Positions 58,014 to 64,000 of a stretch of 64,000 bases of DNA are shown here, piece after piece; positions within the stretch are counted from its first letter, which is position 1; every line of letters begins with the position of its first letter. A program made the position numbers and the translations under genes. This DNA is from a bacterium (GTDB lineage Bacteria; SZUA-182; DTGQ01), in NCBI GenBank assembly GCA_040752695.1, contig JBFMGO010000007.1, positions 32,370 to 96,369 of the forward strand, read 5' to 3'. The notes below the pieces were generated by a model. That model made no database searches, was not told the DNA's origin, and was given only the letters and a program-made list of their open reading frames with translations.

Positions 58014-59222
58014 TTACTCATATCGTAAAGCCTCGATCGGATCTTGCTTTGCTGCCCGCAAGGCCGGATAAAAGCCGAAAAAAGTTCCTACTCCGGCAGA
58101 AAAGGAAAAGGCGACCACGACATAAAGAGGGCGAATCAGAGTATAAAAGCTGAAGCAGGAGTCGATCAGACAGCAGACGCCGATGCCCATTCCGATGCCG
58201 ATTCCGCCGCCGAGAATACTGATGAGGGTGGACTCGAAGAGAAACTGCCGCAGGATATCACGGTTCTTAGCGCCCAGGGCCTTGCGGATGCCGATTTCCC
58301 GTGTCCTTTCGGTTACGGTAACCAGCATGATATTCATGATCCCGATGCCTCCCACCAAAAGAGAGATGCTGGCGATTCCGCCCAGCAAAAGGGTGAGTGC
58401 CAGAGAGATGGAGTTGAGGGTCTGCAGGACTTCCGCCTGGCTCTGGAGCGTGAAATCCGACGGGATGCCGTCGGGGATCTTATGCTGGTGTCTCATGACG
58501 GCAGTAATTTTTTTATCTGCCACCTCAGGATCGATCCCCTGTCTGATCTGAAGATCGATTCCTCCCAGGGAATCGAGTCCCAGGAGCTGATTCATGGCTG
58601 TAGTGTAGGGGATAATGATTTGGTTATCGGGGTTATACCACCCTTCGTCACCTTTGACATCCAGGACTCCGAGCACCTTGAAGTTCAGGCCGTTGACCTT
58701 GATAATCCTGCTCACGACATTGCTCCTCTTGAACAGGTCATCAGCGGTTTGAGAGCCGATAACAGCTACCCGCGCCTGCTCCCTGGTCTCGGTTTCCGTA
58801 AAAATCCTCCCTCTTTGGAGGGTAAAGTTCCGGATCGGAAAGTAAGTGACCGCGGCGCCGGTGATCGGCACCCGGGTATTTTGATTCAGATACTTTACCT
58901 GCCCGTTGCCCCGGACTACGGGTGAGAGATGGAGGACTTCGGGAACTTTCTGCAGTATGGCTTCGGCATCCTCCAGGGTAAGGTTGGCGTAGGATCCGTT
59001 TTGCACACCGTGGCTTCCCTTTTGTCCGGGCCGCAAGATCATCAGATTGCTCCCTAAAGAGGACACTTTTTGGGTGATCTGCATTTTAGCCCCTTCGCCG
59101 AGGGCCAGCATGGCAATTACCGCCCCGACTCCAATAATGATGCCCAGGGTGGCCAGAAAAGATCGCATTTTATTGGCCCACAGACTTTTGATTGAAACCT
59201 TGATCAGAGTCCACAAAAGCAT
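58014..59222 (-). CDS. macB: MacB-family ABC transporter permease
   Basis: RSFLATLGIIIGV, VGGIGIMNIMLVTVTERTREIGIRKALGA, DPIEALRYE. Confidence 0.93.
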   Translation of the reverse strand: MLLWTLIKVSIKSLWANKMRSFLATLGIIIGVGAVIAMLALGEGAKMQITQKVSSLGSNLMILRPGQKGSHGVQNGSYANLTLEDAEAILQKVPEVLHLSPVVRGNGQVKYLNQNTRVPITGAAVTYFPIRNFTLQRGRIFTETETREQARVAVIGSQTADDLFKRSNVVSRIIKVNGLNFKVLGVLDVKGDEGWYNPDNQIIIPYTTAMNQLLGLDSLGGIDLQIRQGIDPEVADKKITAVMRHQHKIPDGIPSDFTLQSQAEVLQTLNSISLALTLLLGGIASISLLVGGIGIMNIMLVTVTERTREIGIRKALGAKNRDILRQFLFESTLISILGGGIGIGMGIGVCCLIDSCFSFYTLIRPLYVVVAFSFSAGVGTFFGFYPALRAAKQDPIEALRYE

Positions 59223-59234
59223 TTTTTATCCCCG

Positions 59235-59888
59235 TTAGATAATCTGCCCGTCGCGGATGCGGATCTGGCGCTGGCATTTCTGGGCAATTTCCTGCTCGTG
59301 GGTAACAATGATAATGGTCCTGCCCTTCTGGTTCAGATTCTGGAAAACGGTCATGATCTCTTCGCTTGATCTGGTGTCCAGGTTTCCGGTGGGTTCGTCA
59401 GCCAGAATAATGGTAGGGTTGGTTACCAGTGCCCGGGCAATAGCCACGCGCTGCCTCTGGCCGCCGGAGAGCTGATTCGGTTCATGCTGCATGCGGGAGC
59501 CAAGACCGACCTGCTCAAGAGCCTTGGCAGCCGCTGATTTGGCCGCAGGATGTCCCGCATAAAGGAGAGGGAGTTCCACATTTTCCAGGGCATTCATGCG
59601 GGGCAGAAGATTGAAGGTTTGAAATACAAAGCCTATCTCCTGATTGCGGATTTTGGCCAGAGCATCCTTTTTCAGCTTGGAAATATCTCTCCCATTGAGG
59701 AAATAGTGGCCTGAATCGGGATGATCCAGACAGCCCAGAATATGCATGAGGGTGGATTTCCCACTCCCCGAAGCGCCCACGATAGCTACCATTTCAGAGT
59801 GCTGCACTTTCAAGGAAACCTTGTCAAGGGCCTTTACCACCTGATCTCCCATTTTGTATTCCTTGGAGATTTCATCAACAAGCAGCAT
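59235..59888 (-). CDS. ABC transporter ATP-binding protein (MacB/LolD type)
   Basis: [27 protein letters not shown]. Confidence 0.95.
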   Translation of the reverse strand: MLLVDEISKEYKMGDQVVKALDKVSLKVQHSEMVAIVGASGSGKSTLMHILGCLDHPDSGHYFLNGRDISKLKKDALAKIRNQEIGFVFQTFNLLPRMNALENVELPLLYAGHPAAKSAAAKALEQVGLGSRMQHEPNQLSGGQRQRVAIARALVTNPTIILADEPTGNLDTRSSEEIMTVFQNLNQKGRTIIIVTHEQEIAQKCQRQIRIRDGQII

Positions 59889-59978
59889 GAAAGACTTCCT
59901 CCTTCAGTCTTGTTTCGTAAAGATACACGGGCATCGACCCTTTTTTTAGCCTAACGAATAACCGGGAGTTTCCTGCTG

Positions 59979-61316
59979 TCATTTTTGCATCGCCGTGGAA
60001 GACGTTTTATTCTGTTGAATATCTTTTTGTTTTCCTGCATTCGACCATTTGCTGTGGACCTGCCCCGGGTTTAAGCGTACTTCGTTCCCCTCTCTCAAAC
60101 CTGCAACGACTTCCGCCACTCCCCCATTGTCAAGGCCCAAGGTGATGAGCCGGGAGGCAGTTTTGCCGGATGGCAAAACGATCAGGGCACGCGGACCTTC
60201 AGGCGAAAATTCGATAGCTTCACTCGGAATCAATAATACATTGGGTTTTTCAGTGGAAATAATCTGGACATTGGCTGTCATCTCCGGCTTCAATAAGGAT
60301 TTATTTTTCCCCAGAACTTCGATCTTGACATCAAAGGTTACTACATTACTGATATTCACTCCCCGTGTAGCGATTTGATCCACCCTGCCAGGAAAGAGCT
60401 CCTCTGGATACGAATCTACGGTAATCTCGGCTTTCTGCCCCAGCTTGACTGTTCCGATATCGCTCTCATCCACTGAGGCGATGATAAAGATCCGGGAAAG
60501 ATCCGACAAGGTCAGGATCGAAGTCCCTCCGCCCACATTGTTGATCCCTGAGGAGATGATCTGGCCGATCTGTACGTTCCTTGCGGTTACAATCCCATCC
60601 ATGGGTGAAAGAATACGGGTATCCTTGAGTCTCTGCCTGGCAATCTCGAGGTCTATCGTGGCTGCCCGGACCCTGCTTTCCTCCATCTGGACAGCCTGCC
60701 GCTTGAGTTCAAGCTCCATCTCCCTGATTTTCAGCTCTTCCTGCCTGACCAGCGCCTGTTCATAGGCAGCCTTGGCCCTTGCAGCTTCCGCTTTGCTTTT
60801 ATCCAGTTCTTCCTGACTGGATAATTTCTTCCTGTAGAGCTGCTCTTCCCGTTTCGCTTTACTTTCCGCTTCCTCCAGAGTGGCCCTGGCAGAGGAAATC
60901 CCGGCCTGAATGTCCAGCCTGGCGGTTACGAGCTGGTTTTCGGCAATAGTCAGATCCTGTCTGGCGTGGCTGAGCTGGGCCATAGAGGCTTCCAGCGTTG
61001 CCTGGGCCTTTTCCAGGTTTCTTTGCTCATCCATGGGGTCCAGTTCCACCAACAGGTCGGAGGCATGGACCGGATCACTGATATCGAAAGGAAGCTTTTT
61101 CACCTCCCCGCTGGCCTTTGACTTGATCTCCACATCCTGATTGGATACCACCTTTCCCGTACAGGCAACGCTTACCTGAATGGAGCCCCGCTTGATCTGC
61201 GCGGTAGCACATTCACTCTCTTTATCTCCCCCCTGTGAAGAGAAGGTTTTGAACCGTACGACAAGAACCAGAAATACGAGGAGAACCAGAGTCGTCAGAA
61301 TAATCCACCGTTTCAT
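59979..61316 (-). CDS. macA: Periplasmic adaptor / membrane fusion protein (MacA-like)
   Basis: N-terminal TM, lipoyl halves, long hairpin, VDESDIG.V..GQ, LKPEMTANV. Confidence 0.9.
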   Translation of the reverse strand: MKRWIILTTLVLLVFLVLVVRFKTFSSQGGDKESECATAQIKRGSIQVSVACTGKVVSNQDVEIKSKASGEVKKLPFDISDPVHASDLLVELDPMDEQRNLEKAQATLEASMAQLSHARQDLTIAENQLVTARLDIQAGISSARATLEEAESKAKREEQLYRKKLSSQEELDKSKAEAARAKAAYEQALVRQEELKIREMELELKRQAVQMEESRVRAATIDLEIARQRLKDTRILSPMDGIVTARNVQIGQIISSGINNVGGGTSILTLSDLSRIFIIASVDESDIGTVKLGQKAEITVDSYPEELFPGRVDQIATRGVNISNVVTFDVKIEVLGKNKSLLKPEMTANVQIISTEKPNVLLIPSEAIEFSPEGPRALIVLPSGKTASRLITLGLDNGGVAEVVAGLREGNEVRLNPGQVHSKWSNAGKQKDIQQNKTSSTAMQK

Positions 61317-61382
61317 GCCTGCCCTCCGAAAATCGTTATCAAGAGATTATTATCAAGATCAAGACTCTATACCGTCCCAACC

Positions 61383-61481
61383 AACCATCTGGAAACCATC
61401 TTTGTTTATTCATCTGGAAATCATCCATCTGGAAACCGTCCATCAGGAAATCATCCCCGTTCATTCATCTAGAAGTCATCT
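61383..61481. repeat. Degenerate ~15-bp repeats (CATCTGGAAA core)
   Basis: CATCTGGAAACC, CATCTGGAAATC, CATCTGGAAACC, CATCAGGAAATC, CATCTAGAAGTC. Confidence 0.7.
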
Positions 61482-62125
61482 TTGCTCATTTTGTCCTCTA
61501 CTTCATTCAGGTGGCAGGTATCGTTGAGACTGGCCAGGATAAATCTCTCCGCCTGGTAATCCAGAATGGACAGACCGGCGGTATCCTGCTTAACCTGCCA
61601 GAAATGCGAATTATCCAGGCCGAGCACTGAGCAGAAAAGAATCTTAATGATTACCCTGTGGGAGATTACGGCTATGGTGGCCGAGTCCTCGACCTGCCCA
61701 TGCTGGATAACGAGTTTATCCAGAAAAATTTCGATGCGCTGCCGGATCGAAGAAAGATTCTCCCCGTCCGGAATCTGAACCGTATGAGGGGCGCGAAGCC
61801 ATTGTTCATAAGGCTCCGGATACTCCTGCCGGACCTGAAGGTGGCTTTTCTTCTCCCATGATCCATAATCGATATCGATAAGGTGATCGTCCTGAATGAT
61901 CGGAGTAGATCCCGTCTGCCCTTTCTGGACAGCCAGGGCTGTTTCCACTGCACGCTTTAACGGACTGGTATAGATACTCTTTATCGGGTGTATGCTCAGC
62001 CTCCGGCCAAGAAGTCCGGCTTGCTTTTGCCCAATTTCACTAAGGCTTATGTCTACCCGGCCCCGGAAGATCTTCTCTTTGTTCCACGAGGTTTCTCCGT
62101 GGCGGATAACCAGAATTTTCAGCAT
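61469..62125 (-). CDS. Histidine phosphatase (phosphoglycerate mutase/CobC family)
   Basis: IRHGET, YTSPLKRAVETA, DGEN, ISH, NDTCHL. Confidence 0.92.
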   Translation of the reverse strand: MLKILVIRHGETSWNKEKIFRGRVDISLSEIGQKQAGLLGRRLSIHPIKSIYTSPLKRAVETALAVQKGQTGSTPIIQDDHLIDIDYGSWEKKSHLQVRQEYPEPYEQWLRAPHTVQIPDGENLSSIRQRIEIFLDKLVIQHGQVEDSATIAVISHRVIIKILFCSVLGLDNSHFWQVKQDTAGLSILDYQAERFILASLNDTCHLNEVEDKMSKDDF

Positions 62126-62507
62126 CGCTTTTCACCTGTTTTTATGAAAATAAGGATAATACAATAATAAAGAAAAGGATGATACGATAGTATCTTTTCG
62201 GTTGAAAGAAGAATTTCCCGCTAGGGAGAGGATACATTTTTTCTTGATCCGCCCCTTCATGCCCCTCACACGAGCTGCCAAATCCTGCCGGGAGGCTGTC
62301 TATCCACGCCCCACGTCAGGAGGCTGTCATCCGCCTGGAAGGGGCAATGGCATGAGCTTAAGGGGTGGCCACCCATACCACCCTCTTTATCAAGGGGAAG
62401 ATTTTGCCCTTCAGTTAATGGCATTGCCTTAAAGGGGGGAAGGGGGGATTTTGGGGAAATATCCCCCCCACTCAATAACCGGCCGGGAAGCTCTCCAAAA
62501 AGTGTAC

Positions 62508-63926
62508 TTAGCAGTGCTGGTAATCGTAGAGGGAAATTACCTTCCCTTCCAGCCCGTCGGGAGTGTGCGCATCCATAATATGCAAGATGGTCGGTGTCAC
62601 GTCCAGGATGTCGAAATGACCGGGGTTCTGGAAACTGGAGCTTGCAGGAAGGGATGGGTCATGCAGGATGAAAATCCCCTCCTGGGCATGGTTGGCATCA
62701 TCCGGGCCGGTATCATTCTCGAAGGTATGAATGGTCCCAAGCCCCACACTTCCCACGGAACGCCAATCCAGATCGCCGAAGTAAACGATCAGGTCAGGAG
62801 CGATACCATTGACCGCCGGATAAATCTCCTGGGGTTTGAAAACCCTGGTTCCGATGGGATTGCCGTTTTCATCGGGCAAAGCTTCCAGCTTGGCCTTGAT
62901 TTCATCCCTTACCTTCTCGTAATCCTGCGGACTGATAACTCCTTCGGGTTCTCTTCCCTGCACGTTCAAAAAGAGGCGTCCGTAGTAACCACCCTCTCCC
63001 CAGCACATGGTCCTGGACCAGTCGACTTTGGCATGCTCGAAGCGAATCGCTCTGGACGGCTGCTCCTTGAGAGTGAGGTATCCTTCCCTCTTTAGCCACT
63101 CGTTAATGACGATCCCTCCCTCCATCTTTTTTGCCCCATGGTCAGAGACGATCATGACCGCGGTCTGGTCATCGAGGAGAGTTAACAGCTCACCGATGCG
63201 CTCATCTACGTATTGATAATACTTCTTGATGGCGTATTCGTAGGGATTCCCTGCCTCGTACTGGCGGTGCTGCGGATCACTGAATTTCCAGAAGGCATGG
63301 TGAATACGGTCCACACCCATTTCCACCATCATGAAAAAGTCCCACTCCTTCTGATTGATCAGATAGCGTGCTGCCTTGAACCGCTTTTCGGTCATCTCGT
63401 AAATCTGCTTGAGCAGCTTGTCCTTATCGTCGGTGCGAAAGTTTTCCACGTCGAGAATATAGCCATTGGTTACCAGCTCGATCTCCGTCTTCAGCGTCTT
63501 GGGATAGGTGAACTGGCAACTGGTATCGGGAGTGAGAAAGCAGGAAATCATGTGTCCGTTGATAGGACGAACCGGATAGGTCTGAGGAATGCCGAGCAGT
63601 ATGGATTTTTTGCCGGACTGGCCGAGCATATCCCATAAAGTATCCTCCTTGACCGTGGTTGAATTGCACATGACCATTTTGGAATAGGAATAATCAGCCC
63701 GGTTCCGAAAACCGTAAAAACCGAGAGTACCGGGGCTTTTGCTCGTCATCATGGCCATCCATGCCGGGCAGGTAATGGCAGGAATCGTGCTTCTCATGGG
63801 GCCGTAAACTCCCTTTTGCATCAGGCCGCTGATGTTCGGCAGATCATCCTTCCATTGGTCGAAAACCAATTGCGGAGTAGCACAATCCAAGCCTATTACA
63901 ACTACCTTTTTTCCTTGCTGAGGCAT
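62508..63926 (-). CDS. Alkaline phosphatase superfamily (type I phosphodiesterase/nucleotide pyrophosphatase) protein
   Basis: VIGLDCA, STIPAITCPAW, DRIHH, VSDHG, DANH, DVTPTIL. Confidence 0.9.
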   Translation of the reverse strand: MPQQGKKVVVIGLDCATPQLVFDQWKDDLPNISGLMQKGVYGPMRSTIPAITCPAWMAMMTSKSPGTLGFYGFRNRADYSYSKMVMCNSTTVKEDTLWDMLGQSGKKSILLGIPQTYPVRPINGHMISCFLTPDTSCQFTYPKTLKTEIELVTNGYILDVENFRTDDKDKLLKQIYEMTEKRFKAARYLINQKEWDFFMMVEMGVDRIHHAFWKFSDPQHRQYEAGNPYEYAIKKYYQYVDERIGELLTLLDDQTAVMIVSDHGAKKMEGGIVINEWLKREGYLTLKEQPSRAIRFEHAKVDWSRTMCWGEGGYYGRLFLNVQGREPEGVISPQDYEKVRDEIKAKLEALPDENGNPIGTRVFKPQEIYPAVNGIAPDLIVYFGDLDWRSVGSVGLGTIHTFENDTGPDDANHAQEGIFILHDPSLPASSSFQNPGHFDILDVTPTILHIMDAHTPDGLEGKVISLYDYQHC

Positions 63927-64000
63927 TGTCGGTCTCCTTTGTGATGGGAATCTGAATTATTCGCAGTCGATTATAGCACATTAAAGTTATCGGCATCAAT

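Overview
Bacterial chromosomal window of about 50% GC by eye, with a Deltaproteobacteria-like or uncultured Gram-negative gene repertoire; the taxonomy is not established. No rRNA, tRNA, CRISPR array or transposase was recognised. Contents, left to right: (1) a Cache/PAS histidine kinase and response regulator cluster; (2) an AT-rich islet with a Dcd/dUTPase-fold protein lacking canonical catalytic residues, a frameshifted 2-TM partner and a nested palindromic element; (3) a GAF-PAS histidine kinase; (4) a 16.5-kb minus-strand type IV pilus/T2SS-like locus with upstream kinase, receiver, HD-GYP and STAS genes and an MshEN-type ATPase; (5) a HEAT lipoprotein, a secreted protein, a B12-radical SAM enzyme, aroDE and aroA; (6) an AT-rich two-gene island encoding an effector-less STAND ATPase-TPR and a PIG-L deacetylase/GT-B glycosyltransferase fusion; (7) wza, wzc and an ExeA-BY-kinase fusion; (8) a full-length DnaJ fused through one TM helix to a complete DegP/Do protease; (9) a (QTYPQY)9 secreted protein, two PQQ-like propeller lipoproteins and two paralogous unknown secreted proteins preceded by a repeat-array RNA candidate; (10) a MacAB-TolC-type exporter, a histidine phosphatase and an AlkP-superfamily enzyme. 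The best novelty candidates are the DnaJ-DegP fusion, the STAND plus deacetylase-GT island, the repeat-array leader at 55.9-56.1 kb, the variant Dcd islet and recurrent strong-SD mini-ORFs ahead of surface-protein genes. All family calls come from reading motifs by eye; no database search was run.
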